Source: Alphaproteobacteria bacterium (lineage in GTDB: Bacteria; Pseudomonadota; Alphaproteobacteria; GCA-2731375). Taken from it: a stretch of DNA of 64,000 bases. Shown here piece after piece: positions 1-8,960 of this stretch. The position numbers and the translations under genes were made by a program. Each line of letters begins with the position of its first letter. The stretch's first letter is position 1. The notes under the pieces are model-generated. The model saw nothing but the letters and a program-made list of their open reading frames with translations, had not been told where the DNA came from and did not search any database. Location of the stretch: assembly GCA_965225945.1 (NCBI GenBank), contig CBDDBZ010000022.1:1-64000 (forward strand). The letters run 5' to 3'.

Positions 1-908
1 CTGGAACGCCGCCAGTTAGCGCGGCACATGCTTGGGTCGGATCGCATGGTAGGTACCGCGCAGGGTGTTTTTGAGGTTGCCGAGGGTGGTGTTGACCCAT
101 TTGAAGGCGGGCACGGCGACGGCCCCGGGTCCGGAGCCGGTGGATATCGGATGATGCGCACAGCCCCGCGTGGTGACGGCGGTGAAGCAGTTGAGCCCGT
201 CGCTGAAAACGGTCGCCCCAGGGCTCAGGTCGCGCTTGGCCATCTTGGCGATCTCGCTCTTGCGGAAGCCCTTGACGCGGCGCAGCTTGATGCGCACGGG
301 CTGGCCCTCCGCCGTGGTCTGGACGGCGGCGACGAACGGCGTCTTGCCCGGCGCGCCCCGGCCGCGCTTGGCCCCGGAACGCCGGCCGCCGAGGTAGGCA
401 TCGTCCATCTCCACCCGCCCGGTGAGCGGCAATTTGGCATCGCGCTCGAGCATGGACTGCATCAGTTTCTGCTTGATCTTCCAGGCCGTGGTCTGGGTGA
501 CGCCGAGCCGGCGGCCGAGTTCGAGGGAGGAGATCCCTTTCTTCGATTGGGTCATGTGATAGATCGCCGAGAACCACAGGGTCAGCGCCAGCTTGGTCGC
601 GTGGAAGAGCGTGCCGGCGGTCAGCGAGACTTGATGACGGCAGGCGGCGCATTGGTAGAGTTTTCGCCCGGCGATCTCGCAATGGTGCGTGGCGCCACAT
701 CGGGGGCAGGAGAACCCCTCCGGCCAGCGCCAGCGGAAAAGGGCCTCGCGACACTGCTGCTCGGTACCGTACAACTCACGAAAACGCGGCTCGCTGAGCC
801 CCTTCTGGAACTGAACCTTGTTGCGTGGCATTGTGAACCTCCAGAAAAACCACCAAATGTTCAGGATTTGTACCACATCAGTCCGGCTGAGTAAAGTGCG
901 TAATCAGG
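1..908 (-). mobile_element. IS1595-family element (IS1595 group), left end at 908, runs off the window start
   Basis: Terminus CCTGATTACGCACTTTACTCAGC (reverse complement of 886-908) fits the CcTGATT end of the IS1595 group; transposase gene lies inside. Confidence 0.85.
16..831 (-). pseudogene. IS1595 (ISXO2-like) transposase with a premature stop
   Basis: Zn-ribbon CPRC..HC..CAAC, VEMDDAYLGG and FSDG motifs. Reads HVPR*LAAFQ where family members read YLAEF, consistent with TAC>TAA. Confidence 0.85.
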
Positions 909-981
909 TCTGGTTTTGTTCACGGCTCGGCCAACACGTCATGATCTGGCCACAACTGTGAAACGATCACGTAGAACATAC

Positions 982-1736
982 CTTGCCTATCCGGTTATCA
1001 CCCACACCCACTATATGTAGTGTGCACCCATTTTCCTGAGTAAAGCTCGGTGCAGGTCGAAGCGGAGATATCTCCGGCGATGCCGAGCAGGGACTCGGAC
1101 GGCATTGTAGCGCCTTTTAGGCGACACTTTAGCGTGGTGGAAATCCTAATCATTGAGTCGGATTTGGCAAAACGCCACGTTGCATAAAGGACCGTCACTT
1201 CATTGAAATTTATCTGAAATCGGAGGTGAACGACACCGATGGAATATTCCAGGAAATCAGAGCTTCATTGAATTGTAGGATTCGAGTGCCGGATTATTCA
1301 CAAATAGCTCTGTGAACTGGTTTTCAAGTTCGCTCAATACGTCATATGAAGTAAACGGATTGAGGATCACGTTCTTGCGTGTCGCTTCGTCTTCGCTGCG
1401 ACTCAAAACGCGCAGGAGACTAACAGGCGCGGACGGGTTCTTCGCAACGATTCGTGCCAGCGCGTCGCTTTCTTCGACTAGTGCCGTCAATCGCTCAGAC
1501 GATGTCGTTTCATCAGCAGCTTCCCGTCTGGCCGTGGGTTTCTTCGTTTTTCCCTTGGTCGCCACCGTTCCGTCCCCCGATGTTAAGTACGTGACGTGAA
1601 TTAAACTCCGGTTCGGTTTTCAGAACAATCAAGAATTAGCCGGATCGCCTCCTCAATGCGCCTGCGCCGGCCCTTGCCTGCAGTCCAAGGAGACACACTA
1701 CATATAGTGGGTGTGGGTGATAACCGGATAGGCAAG
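982..1736. mobile_element. Non-autonomous IS1595/ISSod11-type cassette with a passenger gene
   Basis: Perfect 43-bp TIRs CTTGCCTATCCGGTTATCACCCACACCCACTATATGTAGTGTG (982-1024 and 1694-1736); 8-bp direct repeat GAACATAC at 974-981 and 1737-1744; probable transposase C-terminal remnant SLLGIAGDISASTCTELYSGKW near 998-1100. Confidence 0.85.
1257..1565 (-). CDS. Small leucine-rich-repeat-variant (LRV/HEAT-like) protein, passenger gene
   Basis: VAKNPSAP..LL..LS...TRKNVILNP...NNPAL repeat pattern; GC visibly lower than the flanks. Confidence 0.6.
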   Translation of the reverse strand: MATKGKTKKPTARREAADETTSSERLTALVEESDALARIVAKNPSAPVSLLRVLSRSEDEATRKNVILNPFTSYDVLSELENQFTELFVNNPALESYNSMKL

Positions 1737-1816
1737 GAACATACTTCTGGCGCCCCGATTTTACAAGTGTTTACCATCGCGCCGCCGGCGTCGAGAACCG
1801 GCCGCCGGCGGCCTAG

Positions 1817-3366
1817 CAGCCTGTCGGACTTGAGCCGAGGGGTGTGATCTGATTCGATGGCATCGGTTGATTCGCCCGCGATTGATGGAGGCCGTGATGA
1901 GCAACTTCCGAGCGGTGGACCGCGAGACGGGGTTTCTGCTGCCGCCGTCGGTGGATGAATGGCTTCCCGAGCGGCATCTGGCGCGCTTCGTGGTCGAGGT
2001 GATCGAGCAGTTGGACCTCTCGGCGTTCGTGAAGGCCTATCGCGGCTCGGGCTCGGCGTCCTATCACCCGAGCGTGCTGCTGGGGCTTCTGGTCTACGGC
2101 TACGCCACGGGAGTGTTTTTTAGCCGCAAGCTGGAGCGCGCGAGCTATGATTCGGTGGCCTTCCGCTTCATCGCCGCCAACGACCATCCCGACCACGACA
2201 CCATCGCCAGCTTCCGGCGGCGCTTTCTCGTTTCGATCGAAGGGCTGTTCGTCGAGGTGCTGCTGCTGGCTCGGGAAACCGGGCTGCTGAAGCTGGGCAC
2301 GGTGGCGCTGGACGGCACCAAGGTGCATGCCAACGCGAGCCGCCACAGTGCCTTGTCGTGGAAACACGCCTGCGAGATCGAAGCCCGGTTGAAGGCCGAG
2401 GTGGTGGAACTGATGAGGCTGGCGGAGGCGGCCGATGCGGCGGATGTGCCGGACGGGATGTCGGTACCGGAAGAACTGGCCCGGCGCGAGGATCGTCTGG
2501 CCCGCATCGCCGAGGCCAAGGCGGCGATCGAGGCGCGGGCGCGCGAACGCCATGAGCGGGAGCGGGCCGAGTACGAGGCGAAGCTCCAGGCGCGCGCGGA
2601 GAAGGCCGAGAAGACGGGCCGCAAGCCGGGCGGCCGTCCGCCCAAGCCGCCGGTGGCCGGCGGTGGCTTCGAACAGTCTTACAACGCCCAGGCCACGGTG
2701 GCGGTCGACAGCCTGCTGGTGGTCACCAACGATGTGGTCCAGGCCCCCAACGACAAGCAACACATCGAGCCGGCGCTGGAAGCGCTCGAGCGGCTCTCCG
2801 AGGCGCTGGGCGCGCCCGAGACCCTGCTGGCGGACAGCGGCTACTTCAGCGAGGCCAACGTGAAGGCCTGCGCCGAGGCCGGGATCGCGCCGCTGATCGC
2901 GCCCGCTCGGGAGCACCATCATCTCTCCTGGAAGGACCGCTTCGCCGGAGCACCGCCGCCCCCGGAGAACCCGACGCCGCTGGAAGCGATGCGCCATCGA
3001 CTGGCCTCGCCCGAGGGCCGGCAACTCTACGCCCTGCGCAAGCAAACGCCGGAACCGGTGTTCGGCATCATCAAATCGGTGATGGGCTTCCGCCAGTTCT
3101 CGCTACGCGGCCTGGACAAGGTCAGGGGCGAATGGAACTTGGTGACCCTGGCTTGGAACATCAAAAGAATGTTCACCCTGCAATACGCGTGAGCAAGCGG
3201 CCCAACTCCGTGTCCTCGCGAAAGGGCCTAAAGTGTATGCTCGCCTCGCGATACACGCGAGCAAGCGGCCGGACGCCATGTCCTCACGAAAGATGCCCGA
3301 ACCCATGACCTCTCCACATCCCGATCCGTCCACACCCCTTCTCGCGGACCTCAGTCCGACAGGCTG
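1817..3366 (+). mobile_element. IS1182-family insertion sequence
   Basis: TIRs CAGCCTGTCGGACT / AGTCCGACAGGCTG; CTAG duplicated at 1813-1816 and 3367-3370. Confidence 0.9.
1897..3192 (+). CDS. IS1182-family transposase, probably with a short in-frame deletion
   Basis: DUF772-type N-terminus (LLPPSVDEWLP, PDHDTIA), LDGTK, YNAQ, LADSGY, RKQTPEPVFG. The usual NxTDxxSRIM segment is missing before VAGGGFEQ. Confidence 0.88.
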   Translation: MSNFRAVDRETGFLLPPSVDEWLPERHLARFVVEVIEQLDLSAFVKAYRGSGSASYHPSVLLGLLVYGYATGVFFSRKLERASYDSVAFRFIAANDHPDHDTIASFRRRFLVSIEGLFVEVLLLARETGLLKLGTVALDGTKVHANASRHSALSWKHACEIEARLKAEVVELMRLAEAADAADVPDGMSVPEELARREDRLARIAEAKAAIEARARERHERERAEYEAKLQARAEKAEKTGRKPGGRPPKPPVAGGGFEQSYNAQATVAVDSLLVVTNDVVQAPNDKQHIEPALEALERLSEALGAPETLLADSGYFSEANVKACAEAGIAPLIAPAREHHHLSWKDRFAGAPPPPENPTPLEAMRHRLASPEGRQLYALRKQTPEPVFGIIKSVMGFRQFSLRGLDKVRGEWNLVTLAWNIKRMFTLQYA

Positions 3367-3521
3367 CTAGTGTCGAGGCCGACCGATTCCGAAGTTCGCA
3401 TGATTTTCGCCTGCTGTTCAGCGGTTTCGATTGTTCGGAGGCAGAAGTGCGTCGGCGCTGGATGGCGCTTGCGAGGATGTCATCGGCGGATTTGGTCCAT
3501 TTGAAGGGTTTGGGGTTCTGG
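3310..3521. repeat. Degenerate duplicate of the IS1182-end/IS630-end junction found at 3737-3929
   Basis: Same sequence as 3737-3929 with several small insertions. Confidence 0.8.
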
Positions 3522-3736
3522 CTCAAGGAACAGATCATCCATGGCCGCATCTACCGCAACATCGCGGAGCTGCGGAACGCCGTCCGCGGGTTCGTCGAAC
3601 AGTACAATGCCCAGTGGATCGTGGAGAAGAACGGCTACCTGAGCCCCGCTCAAGCTCGTCAGGCGTGGCACACCGCGATGTCACTCAGGCCCGCCGCATG
3701 AGACAAACTTGTGTCCAAGGAACCGGGTGCGATACA
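3522..3736 (+). pseudogene. IS3-family transposase C-terminal fragment with its right end
   Basis: LKEQIIHGRIYRNIAELRNAVRGFVEQYN..GYLSP integrase tail; ends GTGTCCAAGGAACCGGGTGCGATACA. Confidence 0.75.
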
Positions 3737-3793
3737 CTCTCCACATCCCGATCCGTCCACACCCCTTCTCGCGGACCTCAGTCCGACAGGCTG

Positions 3794-4915
3794 CTAGTGT
3801 CCCGATTCCGAAGTTCGCATGATTTTCGCCTGCTGTTCAGCGGTTTCGATTGTTCGGAGGCAGAACCGCTGGATGGCGCCGAGGATGTCATCGGCGGATT
3901 TGGTCCATTTGAAGGGTTTGGGGTTCTGGTTTGTCGTGTCGATGTAGTCGAGGATGGTGCGCTCCAACTCCTTGGTGGAGCGATGGACGCCGCGCCTGAT
4001 CTGCTTGTCGGTCAGCAGCCCGAACCAGCGCTCGACCTGGTTCAGCCAGGAGGCGCTGGTGGGTGTGAAATGGGCCTGCCAGCGCGGCCGTTTGGCGAAC
4101 CAGTCGCGGATCGCCTTGGTCTTGTGGGTCCCGTAGTTGTCCATGACGATGTGGATGTCGAGATCAGCAGGGACGTTCGCCTCGACGAGGTCGAGGAATT
4201 TGCGGAACTCTCGGGCCCGATGGCGCGGGAAACATTTGCCGATGATCTCTCCCGTGGCGATGTCGAGGGCCGCGAAGAGAGAGGTCGTGCCGTGGCGCTT
4301 GTAGTCGTGGCTGCGCCGCTCCGCCTGCCCGGGGCGCATCGGCAAGAGGGGCTGGGAACGGTCCAAGGCCTGGATCTGGCTCTTTTCGTCGACACAGAGA
4401 ACCAGGGCACGATCCGGCGGCGCCAAATACAGACCGACGATGTCGCGGACCTTCTCCACGAAGAAGGGATCGCTCGACAGCTTGAAGGTCTCCGAGCGAT
4501 GCGGCTGCAAGCCGAAGGCCCGCCAAATGCGATGAATGGTCGAGGGCGCGTTGCCGCTCGCCCGCGCCATCGAGCGAAGGCTCCAATGGGTCGCGTCCGG
4601 CGGCGTCTCTTCCAGCGTCAGCCGGACCGCTTCCGCGATGGCGTCATCGCCGATTTGACGCGGCGCGCCGGGGCGGGGTTCGTCGTACAGACCGTCGAGG
4701 CCCTCCGCCGCATAGCGGCGACGCCACTTGCCCACGGTGTCCGCGCTCGCCTCGAGACGAACGGCGATCTCCTTGTTCTCCAACCCTTCCGCCGCCGCCA
4801 AGACGATCCGAGCCCGCCGCGCAAGCCCCTGCGACGTCTTGCGACGACGAGACAGCGCCTCCAATTCGGCGCGCTCGTCATCGCTCAAAGAGATCGTCAC
4901 CGCCACTCTCGCCAT
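3794..4915 (-). CDS. IS630-family transposase
   Basis: HTH (RARIVL, WRRRY, RPGAP), [31 protein letters not shown] motifs. Confidence 0.95.
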   Translation of the reverse strand: MARVAVTISLSDDERAELEALSRRRKTSQGLARRARIVLAAAEGLENKEIAVRLEASADTVGKWRRRYAAEGLDGLYDEPRPGAPRQIGDDAIAEAVRLTLEETPPDATHWSLRSMARASGNAPSTIHRIWRAFGLQPHRSETFKLSSDPFFVEKVRDIVGLYLAPPDRALVLCVDEKSQIQALDRSQPLLPMRPGQAERRSHDYKRHGTTSLFAALDIATGEIIGKCFPRHRAREFRKFLDLVEANVPADLDIHIVMDNYGTHKTKAIRDWFAKRPRWQAHFTPTSASWLNQVERWFGLLTDKQIRRGVHRSTKELERTILDYIDTTNQNPKPFKWTKSADDILGAIQRFCLRTIETAEQQAKIMRTSESGH

Positions 4916-4978
4916 CAATCGCGCCTCCTGAAAACAAATAGAGACATAATCATATCAATTTATCGATCGGGACACTAG
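3794..4978 (-). mobile_element. IS630-family insertion sequence
   Basis: Ends CTAGTGTCCCGAT / ATCGGGACACTAG; the transposase stop codon overlaps the CTAG. Confidence 0.92.
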
Positions 4979-5068
4979 ACCAGCGACCGATCCGGCTGCG
5001 CGATCCCTTCCCCCGACGGCGAGGCGGGATCGGCCCGGCCAGCGCCCGCCGCGCGGGCGGATCATGCT

Positions 5069-5355
5069 CTGGTGGATAGAATCCAACATATGGTACCCCT
5101 ACGATCCCATATCCTGGTTTCTCGCCAGGAGGGCGCCCGCCGGCGATGCCGGGGCATCGTCAAGGGTGCCCGACGCCCCGAGAAGCCAGGATTTGGGAGA
5201 AGCCAGGATATGGGACCCGAAGGGCGGCTTCCCGAGCCCGCCGGAGGCGTTGCCCGGCGCTTGTGATGCGCCCCCATCACGGCGCACCGGGCGCCTTTCC
5301 GGACGAACTCGGGAAACCGTCGTAGGGGTACCATATGTTGGATTTTATCCACTAG
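5069..5355. mobile_element. ~287-bp MITE inserted at the dgcA stop codon
   Basis: ~36-bp TIRs CT(G/A)GTGGATA(G/A)AATCCAACATATGGTACCCCTACGA; internal inverted repeat TCCCATATCCTGG/CCAGGATATGGGA; no credible ORF. Confidence 0.85.
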
Positions 5356-6338
5356 CCCCAGAGCGCTTCTTCCGGTGGGCTCATGGTTCCTCGGTGCGTC
5401 CGGATCGCCGGCGCGCGATCGCGCGCCAGCAGCAGCGGCCCATCGAGATCGACAAAGCGCGCGCCGACCGCCGCCAACATCGCCGGCGCCATGGCCAGCG
5501 AAGTGGCGATCATGCAGCCGACCATGACGTCGAGCCCCGCCCCACGCGCCGCCCGCGCCAGCGCCAAGGCCTCGGTCAGACCGCCGGTCTTGTCGAGCTT
5601 CACGTTGACCACGTCGTAGCGCTCCGCCAGCGCCTCGAGATCCGCCCGTGTATGACAGGATTCGTCGGCGCAGATCGGCACCGGATGCCCGATCTCGGCC
5701 AGCACCGCGTCCTCGCCGGCGGGAAGGGGTTGTTCGATCAACGACACATCCAGCGCCGCCAGCGCGCGAGCGAACGGCTCGACCTGCTCCGCCCCCCAGG
5801 CCTCGTTGGCGTCGACGATCAACCGCGGACCGGGCGCCACCGCCCGGATGGCCCGCACCCGCTCGATGTCGGCGCCGCCGTCGAGCTTGAGCTTCAGGAG
5901 CGGCAGATCCCGAATCGCCTCCGCTCGGGCCGCCATCGCCTCAGGCGTGTCCAGTCCCAGCGTGAAGGCGGAAACCAGGCCCTCCGGCGCCGACAGCCCG
6001 GCCAATTCCCAGGCCCGGCATCCGGCGCGCTTGGCCTCCAGGTCCCAGAGCGCGCAATCCACCGCGTTCCGCGCCGCCCCCGGCGCCATCGCCGCCGCCA
6101 AGCCCTCGCGGTCGAGCCCGCCTTGCACCGCGTCGCGTATCGCCTCGATCTGTTCGAGCACCGAAGCGACGCTCTCGCCATAGCGGGGATAGGGCACGCA
6201 CTCGCCCCGGCCGTGGGCATGGTTGTCCCGGTCCACGAGCTCGACGACCACGACCCGGGTCTCGGTTTTCGCATCGCGGGAGATTCGGAACTCGCCGGCG
6301 AGCGGCCAGACTTCCGGCCGCGCTTCGAGCCTGATCAC
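5352..6338 (-). CDS. dgcA: N-acetyl-D-Glu racemase / L-Ala-D/L-Glu epimerase (enolase superfamily)
   Basis: GRGECVPYPRYGES, KLK, DANE, EQP, DES, KLDKTGG and DLD motifs; next to a DUF1611 gene. Confidence 0.9.
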   Translation of the reverse strand: MIRLEARPEVWPLAGEFRISRDAKTETRVVVVELVDRDNHAHGRGECVPYPRYGESVASVLEQIEAIRDAVQGGLDREGLAAAMAPGAARNAVDCALWDLEAKRAGCRAWELAGLSAPEGLVSAFTLGLDTPEAMAARAEAIRDLPLLKLKLDGGADIERVRAIRAVAPGPRLIVDANEAWGAEQVEPFARALAALDVSLIEQPLPAGEDAVLAEIGHPVPICADESCHTRADLEALAERYDVVNVKLDKTGGLTEALALARAARGAGLDVMVGCMIATSLAMAPAMLAAVGARFVDLDGPLLLARDRAPAIRTHRGTMSPPEEALWG

Positions 6339-6345
6339 GCCGAGC

Positions 6346-7347
6346 TCATCCGAGCGCGTCGACGATCGCTTCGACGCCGAAGCGAAGCGGGTCCGTCGTC
6401 GGGAGATCGTGACGCGCGCCGAGTTCGCCCAGACAGTCGCGCGCCTCGGCCTCCCCGAGCGCGGCCGTGTTGACCGAAATCGCGACCATGCGGCAATCGG
6501 GATTGGTCAAGCGGCCGCTCCCGACATAGGCCTCGATCGCTTCGCCCACGTCCGGCATCGGCGCATGCGGCAGGCCGCGCACGTGGGTGCGCGTCGGCTC
6601 GTGGCACAGCACCAGTGCGTCCGCCTGGGCGCCGTGCAGCAGGCCGAGCGTCACCCCGGCGAAGGCCGGATGGAAGAGCGAGCCCTGCCCCTCCACCACG
6701 TCCCAATGGTCCGGCTCGTTATCGGGTGTCAACCACTCGGCGGCGCCGGAAATGAAGTCGGCGATCACCGCGTCGATCGCCACGCCCCGCTCGGCGATCA
6801 GCACGCCGGTCTGGCCGGTGGCGCAAAAGTCCGCCGCGACGCCGCGCTGGCGAAGCGACCGCTCGATCGCCAAGGCGGTGTATTTCTTGCCGCAGGAGCA
6901 ATCGGTTCCGACCGTCAGCAGGCGCTTGCCGCTCCGCCGCTTGCCCTTGCCGGTGGAGAATTTTTGCGCCGAATGGCGCACGTCGACAAGCTTGCGGCCG
7001 TGCGCCCGCGCCGCTTCTGCCACCTCGGGAAAGTCCTCCAGCCGCACGTGCATGCCGCTCGCCAGGTCCATCCCCCGGGCCAACGCGTCGGTCAGGCTCT
7101 CGGTCCAACTCTCCGGCATGAAGCCGCCGGAGTTGACCACGCCCAGCACCATCGTCTTGGCGCCGCGCCGCGCCGCTTCCTCGATCGTCACGTCCTCCAG
7201 CCCGACATCAGCGACGCAGCCCGGCAGACGGAACTGGCCGACACACCATTCGGGGCGCCACTCGGCGATGCCGTCGGCGGTCTTCGCCGCGAGCTGATCA
7301 TGCGCGTCGCCCAGAAAGAGAAGATAGGGCTTGCCCAAGACTTCCAT
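6346..7347 (-). CDS. dgcN: DUF1611-family D-glutamate N-acetyltransferase
   Basis: PYLLFLGD..AAKTA, GTDCSCGKKYT, ATGQTG, VEGQGSLFHP. Confidence 0.9.
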   Translation of the reverse strand: MEVLGKPYLLFLGDAHDQLAAKTADGIAEWRPEWCVGQFRLPGCVADVGLEDVTIEEAARRGAKTMVLGVVNSGGFMPESWTESLTDALARGMDLASGMHVRLEDFPEVAEAARAHGRKLVDVRHSAQKFSTGKGKRRSGKRLLTVGTDCSCGKKYTALAIERSLRQRGVAADFCATGQTGVLIAERGVAIDAVIADFISGAAEWLTPDNEPDHWDVVEGQGSLFHPAFAGVTLGLLHGAQADALVLCHEPTRTHVRGLPHAPMPDVGEAIEAYVGSGRLTNPDCRMVAISVNTAALGEAEARDCLGELGARHDLPTTDPLRFGVEAIVDALG

Positions 7348-7457
7348 GCACACCCCCTGATGGCGTTCCGGGACCTCCGTCCTCGCCGGTATTCTCGGTC
7401 AAGCGCGGGCCGCCGTCCACAATCGCCCGCCATCCACGATCGCAATGGCTCGGACCG

Positions 7458-8871
7458 TCAGTTCGCCTCGTCGAAGAGCGCGTCCGTGGCCTCGTCCGAG
7501 GTCCTCGGCACCGACCAGCCGCTGACCCGCTTCGAGAGCTCCGCCGCGCGCTTCTGATAGTAGGCGCCGCGCAGTGCCGCATAGTAGTCGATCGAGGACG
7601 CCTTCAACTCGTCGAGCGGGTCCAGCAGCTCCTCACGGATCGATATCACCTTGGCGCCGGTCACAGCGAAGGCTTCCGGTCGCGGGATCACATAGGTCAG
7701 GGGGTCGAGGAAAATATCGACGACGGTGCCCGCGCCGTCCCGCGCGGTGGAGGGGCCGATGATGGGCAACACGAGATAGGGGCCCGGGCCGAGGCCATAG
7801 GAATGCAGGGTCTGGCCGAAATCGGCATGGTGCGCCGGCAGGCCGAAGTCGGTGGCGACGTCGAACAAGCCGAGGACGCCCACCGTGGTATTGACGCCAA
7901 AGCGGCCGAGGGCCACCGCCGCGTCCTCGAACTCGAGCTGCAGCACGTCGTTGGCGATGATCACCGGCGAGCGGAGGTTGGCGAAGAACCGGCGCACCGC
8001 GTGGATCACCGGATCGGGCGTCGTCTTGTTGTAGAGCCAGGCAACCGGGCGAAGGATGAGGAAATCGATCCCCTCGTTGACCGCGAAGATCACCCGGTTG
8101 GCCGGCTCCAAGGGATCCCAGGTCGCTTCCGGTGCGACGCCCGGCCGCGCCGCGCCCGAGGGCTGCGCCCGCGCGCGGTCCGCCCGGTAGACGATCGGCG
8201 TCGGCCCGCCCGCGCGGGCAACGGCCGGCACGCCCGTCGATGGCGGCGGCGCGTCGGCTCGGGCCACGGCCGGGACCGCGCCGCCGGCCGCGGCCGCCTG
8301 GATCGGGCCGGCTCGCCACCGCCGTGCGAACGGCGGCGTCGAGCCCGGCCGGATTCGAGGCGATGCTCGCCACCAGCCATGCTTCCAGCGCCGCCAGGTG
8401 CTCCGCTTCCGCCCCGCGTTCGCGGACCGGCGGCCGAGCGCCGAGTTGGCTGGGCATGACGCCGAAGACGGGTGGCTGGACGAAGCGCGGGCCCGCCCGC
8501 GACGCCGGCGCCAGCGTGGCCGGTCGCGGGAAAGCCCGGGCGATCCTGAGCGAGATTTCCTCCGCGACCCCGGGCGCGGCGGCGCGGGCGGCGGCCTCGA
8601 CCTCTCCGCGACGGGTGGGACCCAGCGCGATGATCGCGATCGCCGCAGCCGCGACGGCGGACGCCACCCGCTCGCGGTGCTGGCGAAGCACGACCGGCCG
8701 ATAGGCGGGATCGGGCGCGACGACGCGATCGCTCGCGCCACCTTCGCCGGCCCGCGCGATATCGGGTAAGCGCCCGAGGTCGCCGGTTTGGGCCGATACT
8801 CGCGCACTCGGCGCCAGCACCGACCAGCACAGAAGCGCCGCCAACGCGAAACGACGCGCGAGAACCCACAT
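7458..8871 (-). pseudogene. mlaA: MlaA/VacJ lipid-asymmetry protein with a long Ala-rich N-terminal extension, frameshifted near 8300
   Basis: DPLEPANR, RFFANL, NTTVGVLGLFD, DFGQTL, GPYLVLPIIGPST. The signal-peptide-bearing N-terminus (MWVLARRFALAALL) is in a different frame. Confidence 0.8.
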
Positions 8872-8960
8872 GGCCACGTTTCGCCCCGATCCCTCGACTG
8901 CGGGGCAGAGTAAACCAGTCCGCGCGCGTTCTGTCAGCCTCGCCCCGTCGCCGGTCCGCT

